A DNA stretch of 64,000 nucleotides from Candidatus Poseidoniaceae archaeon (GTDB lineage: Archaea > Thermoplasmatota > Poseidoniia > Poseidoniales > Poseidoniaceae): the NCBI GenBank assembly GCA_965662895.1, contig CBFIJH010000012.1:2491-66490 (forward strand), given 5' to 3'. Made by a program: the position numbers and the translations under genes. Below, in pieces: positions 19,312 to 28,659 of this stretch. Positions within the stretch are counted from its first letter, which is position 1. Each line of letters begins with the position of its first letter. The notes under the pieces are model-generated. The model made no database searches. It saw only the letters and a list, made by a program, of their open reading frames with translations, and was not told where the DNA came from.

Positions 19312-22098
19312 ATGGGATTAATGGAGAATTTAGGACGAGTTGCAACCTCGTACATGGATGAAAAAGCCAAACTGCAAGAAGCAGGAGAAAAGCGCAAGCG
19401 CACTCGGATGGGTCACGGTTTCTGGCCGCACGAGGTGCTACGTGACACCATTCTCTTTGCTTTCATGGCTGCAGTTCTTCTGTTCTACGCGTGGCTCATT
19501 CCACCGCCATTGCACGGTGCAGCTGACCCGTATGCGCAAGCAGGGTTTGTTTTCCCGGACTGGTACGTATTGTTCTCGTACGGATATTTGCGTTGGGGAG
19601 AATATCTTCCTCAATTTACCGTTCCGACCGGATTTATTGGCGATATTGTTGGGCAACCCGTCTTTGCTTGGAACGCTGCATGGTGGGGCGCTGCGCTCAC
19701 AGGTATCCCTGTCGGCATCCTCGCTCTTCCACCTTTCCTCGGCGGACGTGAGAAGCGACCCGTCGAAGACCCGTGGTTTGCTGCAGCAGGTGCAGTTTAC
19801 CTTGCACACGTTTGGTTCATCTCGGTCTTTTCGATCAACATCTTCCTTGAGTTGTACGGGAAAAATCGTTCCGATTATTGCAAACTTGATTCGCACGGCG
19901 ATCTGTTGTGTGGGACTAGGGCCCCATGGATTGCGGAAATTTTCAATGCAGTGCCGTGGATTTTAACCGGCTTGTTGCTGTGGATTGTCATCTATTTCAT
20001 CGGCAGAAATGTGCTGGTTAAAGCATGGGGTGCAGGATTTACTCCGGAACATGGTAAGCGCTTGATTATTGGAGCACTCGTTGTATCGGCTGGTGCCTCT
20101 GTTGCAACCTTTGACACCTACGACAACGGTTTCTGGGAAGCAGGTGGTTTGTTAACCATCAAAGGTCTAACGCACGACTATTACCCTGAACTTGAGGCCA
20201 TGCGTACACAACCTTCGGATGTCCACGTTCATGAAACGAACGAATTCACGGATGACCGTGGATACACCGATGGGGTCGTACCGGCAGCAGCGTGGCTGGA
20301 TTGGCAAATCTTCCAACCTGCCCGAGAGACAATCATTGATTTTAGTGATGCCAACAACCATCAGATTCCTGAGATTGGGGAAAATGCAGCTGGAGAAACC
20401 GTGACCTTTACTGGAGGGGAAGGCTACACCAAAAGTGGAACATTCACGGTCACAGATGACTACACAAGCGAAGCCCTACCAACCGATGTGACCTGCGAAT
20501 ACCGAGCAAGCGAGCGGAAGATCGACGGCGTCAACACTGCAACCATGCTTACAAGCACCATGTCTGTAACGGATAGCAATGGAAAGGTCCTCACATCCTT
20601 TACTGATTGTGCAGGTTCTGAAATCAACCTCGAACCCGGAACATACGGTTACGAATTTACGCTCACAGTATCAGGTGCTCTTGCGCTCAACGATTCCATT
20701 ACAACGGAAACAACCTTTGCCGTACAGACGTACCAACCACTCCTTCTTTGGGACGATAATGCTGGTGCCCATGCTGGCAAAATCGTGAACCTGAGCGACA
20801 CTGCGATGATTGCTGCCTCTTCCGGAACCTACAGCGATGTCACAAACCCATCCTATCACGTCAACCCGAAGGCACTCGATGCCAAGTTGACCTATGCCAT
20901 GTTCATCCCATGTCTCACCTTTGGTGCAGTTGTCATCGTCCTGTTGCGATCGATGGCACGTGGCTACGAATTTGAGATGAACAAGTGCTACGGCTGTGAC
21001 CTCTGTGACGATGCATGTCCTGTGCGATTGTTCAATGGAGGAGACAAACTCAACATCATTTACAATTCGTGGAACAACGAGGACGATGGCGTTCCGCTGT
21101 ATTCGTGTCTGACCTGTACAGCTTGTACCAACGCTTGTCCGCAATTGGTGAACTACGACTCCTACGTCGACATACGTCGCAGCTTGATCGTCGGTGGTCC
21201 AGCAGCAGAAATCCCTCACACAGTACTTCAGGCCGTTCTTGCTGCTGAAGCTGAAGAAGCGTCCAATGACGACTTCATCCCTGTCGAGGAATACCCAATT
21301 TCCTCAAATGTCGGCTACTACCCTGGTTGTGTTGACTACCTTGACCAAGAGATGGTCTTCTCACACGTCAACGAGGGTGAGATGAACCTCGGTGATTCAA
21401 CCACGGCGGCCTTTACGTTGTTCGAAGAAATGGGACACGACGTTTCATACCTCGGCCGTGACTTCCTCAAGTGCTGTGGTCATGACCAGAAGTGGCAAGG
21501 TCTTACTGAAGTCTTTGACAAGCTCAAGGCATACAACCAGAAAAAGATCGAAGCATCCGGAATCGACACACTCGTTTCTTCATGTGCCGAGTGTTTCCGA
21601 ACCTTTGCCCGTGATTACGAATTGGACGGCGTCAAAGTCATGCACACAACAGAATATCTCATCGAGAACGGTTTCGATATGCAACTTTCAACCGATGCAA
21701 CCACAGTGACCTATCACGACCCGTGTCGACTTGGACGACAGATGGGTATCTATGATGAGCCTCGTGAACTGATCAACGCCGTTGAAGGAGTCGATCTTGT
21801 TGAGATGGAACACCATGGTGAGGATGCCATGTGCTGTGGTGTCTCGAGCATGATGTCCTGCAATGAGAACGCCCGAGCACTCCGTGTCGCTCGAATGGAA
21901 GAAATCAAGTCGACAGGAGCCGATACCATGTTGACTTCATGTCCAAAGTGTGTTTCTCACTTTGAGTGTCTCAAGTTCGAAGGTGATGAGCGCTACGAAG
22001 ATATCGAAATCCTCGACGTTGTTTCCTTCCTTGCACGTGAAGTCAACGCAAAGAAAGGCGAGATCTCCGCCTCTTCTCAAACCGAAGTCGAAGCTTGA
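19312..22098 (+). CDS. Cytochrome b6/f subunit IV (PetD-like) fused to an extracellular domain and an HdrD/GlpC-like 2x[4Fe-4S] + 2xCCG module
   Basis: FWPHEVLRD, PPPLHGAADP, PDWY. Then CYGCDLCDDACP, CLTCTACTNACP, YYPGC..KCCG..SCAEC and TYHDPC..MCCG..SCPKC. Confidence 0.9.
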   Translation: MGLMENLGRVATSYMDEKAKLQEAGEKRKRTRMGHGFWPHEVLRDTILFAFMAAVLLFYAWLIPPPLHGAADPYAQAGFVFPDWYVLFSYGYLRWGEYLPQFTVPTGFIGDIVGQPVFAWNAAWWGAALTGIPVGILALPPFLGGREKRPVEDPWFAAAGAVYLAHVWFISVFSINIFLELYGKNRSDYCKLDSHGDLLCGTRAPWIAEIFNAVPWILTGLLLWIVIYFIGRNVLVKAWGAGFTPEHGKRLIIGALVVSAGASVATFDTYDNGFWEAGGLLTIKGLTHDYYPELEAMRTQPSDVHVHETNEFTDDRGYTDGVVPAAAWLDWQIFQPARETIIDFSDANNHQIPEIGENAAGETVTFTGGEGYTKSGTFTVTDDYTSEALPTDVTCEYRASERKIDGVNTATMLTSTMSVTDSNGKVLTSFTDCAGSEINLEPGTYGYEFTLTVSGALALNDSITTETTFAVQTYQPLLLWDDNAGAHAGKIVNLSDTAMIAASSGTYSDVTNPSYHVNPKALDAKLTYAMFIPCLTFGAVVIVLLRSMARGYEFEMNKCYGCDLCDDACPVRLFNGGDKLNIIYNSWNNEDDGVPLYSCLTCTACTNACPQLVNYDSYVDIRRSLIVGGPAAEIPHTVLQAVLAAEAEEASNDDFIPVEEYPISSNVGYYPGCVDYLDQEMVFSHVNEGEMNLGDSTTAAFTLFEEMGHDVSYLGRDFLKCCGHDQKWQGLTEVFDKLKAYNQKKIEASGIDTLVSSCAECFRTFARDYELDGVKVMHTTEYLIENGFDMQLSTDATTVTYHDPCRLGRQMGIYDEPRELINAVEGVDLVEMEHHGEDAMCCGVSSMMSCNENARALRVARMEEIKSTGADTMLTSCPKCVSHFECLKFEGDERYEDIEILDVVSFLAREVNAKKGEISASSQTEVEA

Positions 22099-22100
22099 AC

Positions 22101-22385
22101 CTACTCTTGAGGTGGAGCGTCATCTTCCATCCCGACGATTTCATAGTTTGATGGAAAGAGTGCGATGAGGACACCTGCGATAAGACTGAACAGCCCCCAA
22201 GCGAATTCCTGTTGAACAAAAAGGAGTTCAAGTGCAATCACACAAAGCACAAGCCCTCCAATGTTGGAAGTCCATACAAGTGTTTTGAACGTGCCGAGCG
22301 ATACACCGGTCGTTCCTTCTTTTCGATAGGGTCCAAATTCTCCACCGAATCGTTGTGCAGTTGGTTGTTTTCCTTTTTTTGACAT
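22101..22385 (-). CDS. Small two-TM membrane protein
   Basis: Two hydrophobic segments; GGTGA SD upstream. Last gene of the minus-strand run. Confidence 0.65.
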   Translation of the reverse strand: MSKKGKQPTAQRFGGEFGPYRKEGTTGVSLGTFKTLVWTSNIGGLVLCVIALELLFVQQEFAWGLFSLIAGVLIALFPSNYEIVGMEDDAPPQE

Positions 22386-22394
22386 TCAATCACC

Positions 22395-22727
22395 TCATCG
22401 GTCAATCATACTGATTGCATCGGTTGGACAAGCGAGAACACAAAGGCGGCACCCAGTGCACGCATCTCGAACAATCTTGGCCTTCTGGTTGCTTTCAACG
22501 TTGATGAGAGGGCTTCGCATCGCAACCTTGTACATTTCAATCGCATCATCGTCACAGACAATGGTGCACTGATCGCAGCCAATGCACAACTCTTCTTTGA
22601 CGAAGGCAACCGCTGATTCCCCTCCTTTCAGGGATGCGTGTTGAACACCCCGTTGACGATTCAGACTGGTACGAATGCGTTTCGCCTCTTCTTCGCGGCG
22701 ACGCTTCAACTCATCCGAGGACGTCAT
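22395..22727 (-). CDS. 2x[4Fe-4S] ferredoxin-like protein with a charged N-terminal helix
   Basis: CIGCDQCTIVCD and CTGCRLCVLACP. Confidence 0.9.
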   Translation of the reverse strand: MTSSDELKRRREEEAKRIRTSLNRQRGVQHASLKGGESAVAFVKEELCIGCDQCTIVCDDDAIEMYKVAMRSPLINVESNQKAKIVRDACTGCRLCVLACPTDAISMIDR

Positions 22728-23370
22728 GGTTCACCACAGACATGGGTTGGCCTTCAAACTTAGCAACGCTCAAGTTAACAAGTAAATCTCCAAAACAATA
22801 GAATGCACCTACCAGAAGCGGTGGATTCCACGCAGTCAATCCAGTGTAAGGAACTGCAGCAGCCCACTCCCAATTTCCAAGATAGGTGCCCCACAATTCC
22901 ATCAATAAGGCAAGCCAAACCATTGATGCATAAAGGCGGGGTTCAGGCCCCCATTGCGTGAATCCAAGCGTCAAAAGGACAAGGAGAACCGCAGACGTGT
23001 CTGTCCCTTTGACTGCGCCATAAACAACCAGGGGAACCAACAGTAGGATCAAGAACATCGGTGATCCTTCAGGTATGTGCTTTGCGATACGACGCCCAAG
23101 ATCAAAGAGAAAGTAATGTCCAACAGGGACAAACAATGGCATGATTCCCCGTTGATATTCATAAATGAGCCAAACCTCACTAAAGAACAACTCCATCGGT
23201 GTTGCAAACGCCAAGACTGCAATCATTTCAATTCGTTCTTTTCGATTGGTTCTGAAAAAAATGTAAGAAAACACACCGAGGCACCAGATGTTCACAGGCC
23301 ATTCTGCGTATTCCGCTGATACGAGAAGACCAATCGCAATCGTCAGGACATACAGGGCCTCACGACGCAT
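22711..23370 (-). CDS. Multi-pass membrane protein of unknown function
   Basis: About 7 TM segments, with repeated ELF...W.Y / ELWGT...W half-motifs. Confidence 0.75.
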   Translation of the reverse strand: MRREALYVLTIAIGLLVSAEYAEWPVNIWCLGVFSYIFFRTNRKERIEMIAVLAFATPMELFFSEVWLIYEYQRGIMPLFVPVGHYFLFDLGRRIAKHIPEGSPMFLILLLVPLVVYGAVKGTDTSAVLLVLLTLGFTQWGPEPRLYASMVWLALLMELWGTYLGNWEWAAAVPYTGLTAWNPPLLVGAFYCFGDLLVNLSVAKFEGQPMSVVNHDVLG

Positions 23371-23405
23371 AACATCGCTAAGCGTTCAATGTTTAAATCA
23401 AACAG

Positions 23406-24611
23406 TCAGTCGTTGGGCAATTCTGCAGCCTCTAGCCCCATGGCAAGCATGGACAATTCCGATAACAGTGCATGCCAACTGTGGGCATGCGTCATAAATG
23501 TGGAATCTTCTTCTGCTGTAACGAAACGAGCACTCGGTGAATTAAGGTTCCCAATTTCGTCCTTTTTTGGATTTATTCTGTAAAACCAAGAAGATGCATC
23601 CCCATCAATGAGGTAGACAACAGGTTCGACCGGATCCCCACTTTCAGTCTTCATCAAAGTTGGAACGCCTTCCTGAATTAAGAAATCCTCCGTTTCTGAA
23701 CCTCCTTTTCCGTACATGAGTTTCTTCATCTTACGATTTGAAAGGTTCAACAGTTGTTCACCTGATGTTACCGTCATAATCCCCAAGCCGTACGTCCCAC
23801 GGTTGTTCTTGACGTATGCAACGGGGTCGCGGTCGATACCCAATGCGTCATAGCGTTGGGAAAGTTTCGCCAAAAAAGTATCAACATCGCTTGCGAGCTG
23901 AATCCGGCAACCTTCTTTCTCCAGGCACTTTTCTTCAGAAACAAACGAGTCGCAAAGGAGATGCCAAGGATCGATTCCAATGATTTCACTTATTTCTTCA
24001 ACCAACGGCCGCAAGAAATCGAAATGCTGTGATTTCTTACGTTGGTACCAACCCATCTGCGGATTTGGTAAAACGCTCTTCGTTGAAAGCCCTTCCAACC
24101 CACCATCAGTAAGATCATTGTTGAGTAAAATAAAATCGGGTTGTTGACCTTGAACGAGGAGAACGTCCTCCAAGAGTTCAACATGATCCAACGGTAGTGG
24201 CCCGTGTATCCCATTCAGTGCATCAAAACCATCCAAGTCGGGATTTCCTATCGTGCATCGATAACCAGCGCGCTCGACCAACGTACAAAGCGTTCGTAGA
24301 TTCTCAACATATCCTTGATTCCGGGTATGTGACTCCGGATAGATGTGCACCCATTTGCAACCGGGTTGATGACGCTCAATGTGATCCGTCATTCGTTCGA
24401 CCAAGTGAGGGAAATCTGCTTCTGCAGTGTTGTTGAATCCTGCAGGAAATTGGTTTGCGTCCACGACTGCTATTTTCCATCCAGCGTCACGAATGTCAAC
24501 GCTTCCATAAATCGGTACATCGATTTCAGAGCGTTTCGATTTCATCCAAGCAACAATTTCATCATGCTTTTGGGTGAGGACATCGGTTAAGTTATGGACC
24601 AAGGACATCAA
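23406..24611 (-). CDS. gshA: Glutamate--cysteine ligase (GshA, PF08886-type)
   Basis: PIYGSVDIRDAGWKIAVVDANQFPAGFNN, PESHTRN, LLNNDLTDG, VKNNRGTYGLGI, IQEGV, EPVVYLI. Confidence 0.85.
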   Translation of the reverse strand: MMSLVHNLTDVLTQKHDEIVAWMKSKRSEIDVPIYGSVDIRDAGWKIAVVDANQFPAGFNNTAEADFPHLVERMTDHIERHQPGCKWVHIYPESHTRNQGYVENLRTLCTLVERAGYRCTIGNPDLDGFDALNGIHGPLPLDHVELLEDVLLVQGQQPDFILLNNDLTDGGLEGLSTKSVLPNPQMGWYQRKKSQHFDFLRPLVEEISEIIGIDPWHLLCDSFVSEEKCLEKEGCRIQLASDVDTFLAKLSQRYDALGIDRDPVAYVKNNRGTYGLGIMTVTSGEQLLNLSNRKMKKLMYGKGGSETEDFLIQEGVPTLMKTESGDPVEPVVYLIDGDASSWFYRINPKKDEIGNLNSPSARFVTAEEDSTFMTHAHSWHALLSELSMLAMGLEAAELPND

Positions 24612-26386
24612 ATCACCTCTGCAAGCAAGTCATCAATCGACCGATTTATCCGGATACCATCGTATTCGATAAGATGGAGCGATTCAAAGAGACCTAACCC
24701 CAGTGCAATTTCAGGTTGTCGCCGAAGCAATGGTTCACAGAAGTTCCATCGAGATGCGACTTCTTCGATTTGTGCTGAGTATTCGTCCAGACAACGAGTG
24801 AGCAGTGTTGGAGAAGTCGCAGTTCCTGCAGGGAGTTTTTTGCGAGAAACAACGCTCTCTGGTAGCGAAGTCTGACTTGCTGCCATTCGAAGTGCCTTTT
24901 TCTCCAAACCATCTGTTGGCAATCGCTGATTCATCGGTAGATGAAGGGCGTGGCGAAAGTGAGAGCGACCCAAAAAAGGAACACGAACTTCGAGAGAATG
25001 AGCCATTGAGTGACGATCAACCAATCGGAGTTGAAAATTGCTCAACTGACCGTGATCAAGTTCAAACTGCAAGGTTTCTTGTAAGGAATTCAAGTGTGCT
25101 TTAGGCGTATGGTTTTCAGTCCACCATCGCCCATCGTCGAGAGCAAGTTGCCCATTCTCAAACTGTCGTGCAAATGGATGATTCAACATCTCAATCCGTG
25201 CTTCAAGCTCGTGTTTGTGGGCTGCAAGATCTGTATACCGTGGATAGCCGGCGTGAATTTCGTCCGCACCTTGACCACATAACCCAACCCGAACAGATTG
25301 AGCCATGGTCTTGAACAGCGGCTGGAAGAACAGAACAGATACATCCAAGTCTTCACCATGCCAAGAAAGTGAGGGAAGATGTTTTGCGAATGCGTCCGCT
25401 TCCATGATGTGTTGATGATGATGAAGATCCAGTTCAGATGCGACAAGTTCTGCTGCCATCCAATCAGGATTTTCTTCACTTTCAGCAACCGTCCAGCATT
25501 CAGGTATTGGGCGATTGTATCGCTGAGCAGCATCGTTTGCAACGGCAGCAACAAGAGACGAATCAAGTCCACCGGAAAGAACGATTCCAACGGGCACATC
25601 TGCCATCAATCTCTGGCCGACGCTGTCCACAAACCCATCGAGAAGTTTCTGAGCACCATGAAGTTCATCGTAATCATTGAAGGGAGCAATCCGTGGATTC
25701 GAGAAACGATGGGAATCAATCAAAACTGCCTGTTCGCCAACAAGTGACCAAACCTCAACTGTACCCGGTCGTACCTGGTGAACATCGAGAAAGAGTGTGG
25801 TTGCATCAAGTGAATATTCCCAGACCAGACGAGCCATTAGTGCGTGCTCGTCCAATTGTGGGTAAAAGTCAGAATGCGCACGCAAGGCTTTGACTTCGCT
25901 TGAGAAAACCAGCGAAGAGCCAATCTTTGAGCGAACCAAGGGCTTGATTCCCATCTCATCTCGTGCCAATACCAAATGGTTTTGCTTTGCATCCCATAAC
26001 GCAAAAGCAAACATTCCGTCCAATTGACGGATCCATTCAGCGTGATCACGTGCGCTGCATGAAGAATTTGTGGATGTGGTCTTCTCATGCAGTGCGAGGA
26101 TGGTCTCACTGTCGCCAAACGTTGTCCAAGGATAGTCGGTTAAAGATTTTCGAATCGATTCAAAATTGTAAATTTCTCCGTTCGCAATGAGAACGTTTCC
26201 TTCCTGTGATTGAATCGGTTGAGGACTTCCTTCAAGATCGACAATGGCTAGACGTGCATGTCCAAGGCAGACGGATGCATCACTCCAAATTCCAGAACCG
26301 TCTGGTCCTCGGTGGTGTTGCAGTTGAATCATATTTTTGACGATGCTTGGCTCAGGTGCACCAAGCATGCCTGATATGCCACACAT
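24608..26386 (-). CDS. asnB: Asparagine synthetase B-family glutamine amidotransferase
   Basis: MCGI N-terminus (start 26386), HRGPDG, NGEIYN, LSGGLDSS, GQGADEIHAGY, LEVRVPFL. Confidence 0.9.
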   Translation of the reverse strand: MCGISGMLGAPEPSIVKNMIQLQHHRGPDGSGIWSDASVCLGHARLAIVDLEGSPQPIQSQEGNVLIANGEIYNFESIRKSLTDYPWTTFGDSETILALHEKTTSTNSSCSARDHAEWIRQLDGMFAFALWDAKQNHLVLARDEMGIKPLVRSKIGSSLVFSSEVKALRAHSDFYPQLDEHALMARLVWEYSLDATTLFLDVHQVRPGTVEVWSLVGEQAVLIDSHRFSNPRIAPFNDYDELHGAQKLLDGFVDSVGQRLMADVPVGIVLSGGLDSSLVAAVANDAAQRYNRPIPECWTVAESEENPDWMAAELVASELDLHHHQHIMEADAFAKHLPSLSWHGEDLDVSVLFFQPLFKTMAQSVRVGLCGQGADEIHAGYPRYTDLAAHKHELEARIEMLNHPFARQFENGQLALDDGRWWTENHTPKAHLNSLQETLQFELDHGQLSNFQLRLVDRHSMAHSLEVRVPFLGRSHFRHALHLPMNQRLPTDGLEKKALRMAASQTSLPESVVSRKKLPAGTATSPTLLTRCLDEYSAQIEEVASRWNFCEPLLRRQPEIALGLGLFESLHLIEYDGIRINRSIDDLLAEVI

Positions 26387-26601
26387 ACAACGACAACCCG
26401 GCTCTCGCCTATATACCGTTGCTTTTGATTGAATCACCAAAGTGGATACCTGAATGCCGTTACTGCAAGCAGGATGACTGCAATTCCGAAGAATGTGTAG
26501 TAAATTGATTGAGGTGGCTCTTTGGAATCATTGTCGCCGTACATGGGTACCAACGGTCGCTCCTAGAGCAACCGATTCTAAAATATGGCGGCGAAAACGT
26601 C

Positions 26602-27225
26602 TCACATTACACCCAAAAATGGCTCGAGCACAAGCACCACGGCGAGCGGAATCAACAACATCGTTGCATTATCGTCAATATAGGTCAATCGAGGCCACTC
26701 AGCTGCGACACAAATTGGTGCGATGAACAAAACCAGAAGCCAAGGTGTTTCGAACCAGAATGCACATGCTGACCAAATTACCGCAATTCCAAGCATTCCT
26801 AGAATGATGACGTTGTTGGTTGTCATACCTTTCCGGCGTAGTTCTCCAAGCAAAGGATCACCCAATGATAGGCTGAGAATGAGCGGATAAGCATACGCTG
26901 GATTCGGCGTTAACAAGAACACCAGCCCAACAGCAAATGCACCCCAAGCGAGAGCAGAGACTTGCCTGGCCTCATAAGTGCGCTGACCAAAAATTGTCCA
27001 GCCCATCCGCAATCGAAGTGTTTCTCCCAAAACTGCAACGATAATGAACGCTGAAACAATCTCATCAAGGGTTAATGAGACAAAATCGGCAACATCTTCC
27101 CCGTACTGAAAATAAAGCCACGGCAAAAACGACATACCAAGGTGTATGAATCGACGAAGAACATGCCCACTCATTCCCCCGACGGAGAGGTCAACAGGAT
27201 TTGTTAGTTCAACCTGCTCACTCAT
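26602..27225 (-). CDS. CTP-dependent polyprenol/phytol/dolichol kinase-like membrane protein
   Basis: RRFIH, RTYE, LSLGDP, IDDN motifs; multiple TM helices. Confidence 0.7.
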   Translation of the reverse strand: MSEQVELTNPVDLSVGGMSGHVLRRFIHLGMSFLPWLYFQYGEDVADFVSLTLDEIVSAFIIVAVLGETLRLRMGWTIFGQRTYEARQVSALAWGAFAVGLVFLLTPNPAYAYPLILSLSLGDPLLGELRRKGMTTNNVIILGMLGIAVIWSACAFWFETPWLLVLFIAPICVAAEWPRLTYIDDNATMLLIPLAVVLVLEPFLGVM

Positions 27226-28100
27226 TTTCTTTTCCTCAGTTGCGCGTATGCGTCTTCAAAGGACATCAAACCTTCCTCAATATTCGACAAGACCGTGTCG
27301 AATTCGGGATGGTCCAACAGAAGCCGCTCATGATGGGAAAGCAATCGTTCACGCCATCGCGCCCTACCTGCTCGTAGGGATTGTCCAAGCGTCAAAACCA
27401 TCGCAGATGCTTCTGCAATCCCATTACCATGAAGCGCGCTAACGAGAAGGACTTCTGGAGCTTGTTCGAGACCAAGATTTAGCGACTCTCTCAATTCATT
27501 GGCATGGCGTTGAGCACCATCGAGATCGGCCTTGTTGACAATAACGGCATCGGCTAATTCCAGCAATCCTGCTTTTTCTGCCTGAACGCCATCGCCTCGG
27601 GCAGGTCCTTCCACCAGAACAATACGGTCTGCAACGGCTGCGCAGCGGACTTCGGATTGGCCTGCTCCGACCGTTTCAATAACAACCTTGTCCCATCCAA
27701 CCTCGAGGAGACAAAATGCCATGTCTCGAACAACGAGCGGTACGGAGCCACTGGTTTTCCTGGTCGCTACAGAACGTACGAAAACGTAATCCTTCTTCGC
27801 ATCATCATCAACAACGCTCATTCGAACTCGGTCTCCAAGCAAGGCTCCACCTGAGCGCGGTGATGAGGGGTCGACAGCCAAAACCGCAATTCGAAGGCCT
27901 TGGTCAACCCATTCATGGAGCAGCCGATCAAGCAAGCACGATTTTCCTACACCGGGTGGACCCGTCAGCGCGAGAATCCTCCAATCCGAATCATCGTTTT
28001 GAGGTTCTCGAAACCGAAGATTGCCACTTTCAATGGAAGTCAGAAGACGAGCAAGGGCGCGTCGATCTCCTGCTTTTGCAGCGTTGAGCCTCTCATCCAA
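27222..28100 (-). CDS. meaB: MeaB/ArgK GTPase (methylmalonyl-CoA mutase chaperone)
   Basis: GDRRALARL, TGPPGVGKS, AVDPSSPRSGGALLGDRVRM, IETVGAGQSE, NKAD. Probable TTG start at 28100 behind GGTGA. Confidence 0.92.
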   Translation of the reverse strand: MDERLNAAKAGDRRALARLLTSIESGNLRFREPQNDDSDWRILALTGPPGVGKSCLLDRLLHEWVDQGLRIAVLAVDPSSPRSGGALLGDRVRMSVVDDDAKKDYVFVRSVATRKTSGSVPLVVRDMAFCLLEVGWDKVVIETVGAGQSEVRCAAVADRIVLVEGPARGDGVQAEKAGLLELADAVIVNKADLDGAQRHANELRESLNLGLEQAPEVLLVSALHGNGIAEASAMVLTLGQSLRAGRARWRERLLSHHERLLLDHPEFDTVLSNIEEGLMSFEDAYAQLRKRK

Positions 28101-28110
28101 GTTCTCACCT

Positions 28111-28557
28111 TCATTGGGCTGGATTCCAAAACCATCCAGCGCCATGACCCACTCCAGCATCGTCCCTCTGGACAGCTGTTGCGATGAATTCTACCATCTC
28201 TTCAGAACTTGTTCCCGGACCGAAGAGTGCGCGCACGCCCGCTTCAAACAACGGTGGCCAATCGTCTTCTGGGATGATTCCGCCCCCGAACACAATGACA
28301 TCACCCATGCCATGCTCACGGAGTGTATCGCAAATCTTCGGAAACAAATGGCCATGGGCTCCAGATAATGAGGAGAGACCAAGAAGAATTGCATCCTCGT
28401 CGCGTACTGTCTCGATAATCTGCTGAGGCGTTCGCCTCAATCCCGTGTATATGACTTCATGGCCAGCGTCTCGAAGTGCACGGGCAACAACCTTTGCACC
28501 CCGGTCGTGACCGTCGAGGCCGGGTTTAGCAATCACAATACGCAGTGGCTGGTCCAT
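28111..28557 (-). CDS. Methylmalonyl-CoA mutase, stand-alone cobalamin-binding subunit
   Basis: AKPGLDGHDRGAKVVARALRDAG, GLSSLSGAH, GGIIP, FGPGT. Confidence 0.93.
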   Translation of the reverse strand: MDQPLRIVIAKPGLDGHDRGAKVVARALRDAGHEVIYTGLRRTPQQIIETVRDEDAILLGLSSLSGAHGHLFPKICDTLREHGMGDVIVFGGGIIPEDDWPPLFEAGVRALFGPGTSSEEMVEFIATAVQRDDAGVGHGAGWFWNPAQ

Positions 28558-28659
28558 GTCAGGTGGACTGGATTGAAGGTTATGAAAGAGTCGTTGAAAA
28601 TCTTCTCTGCACCTCCCGTTCGGGGATGATATCAAATGCCAGTCTGATTCTGCAACACC

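Noticed and set aside
28101-28160. 50-bp overlap between the mutase subunit and meaB
   Set aside because: A TTG start at 28100 with a GGTGA SD removes the overlap.
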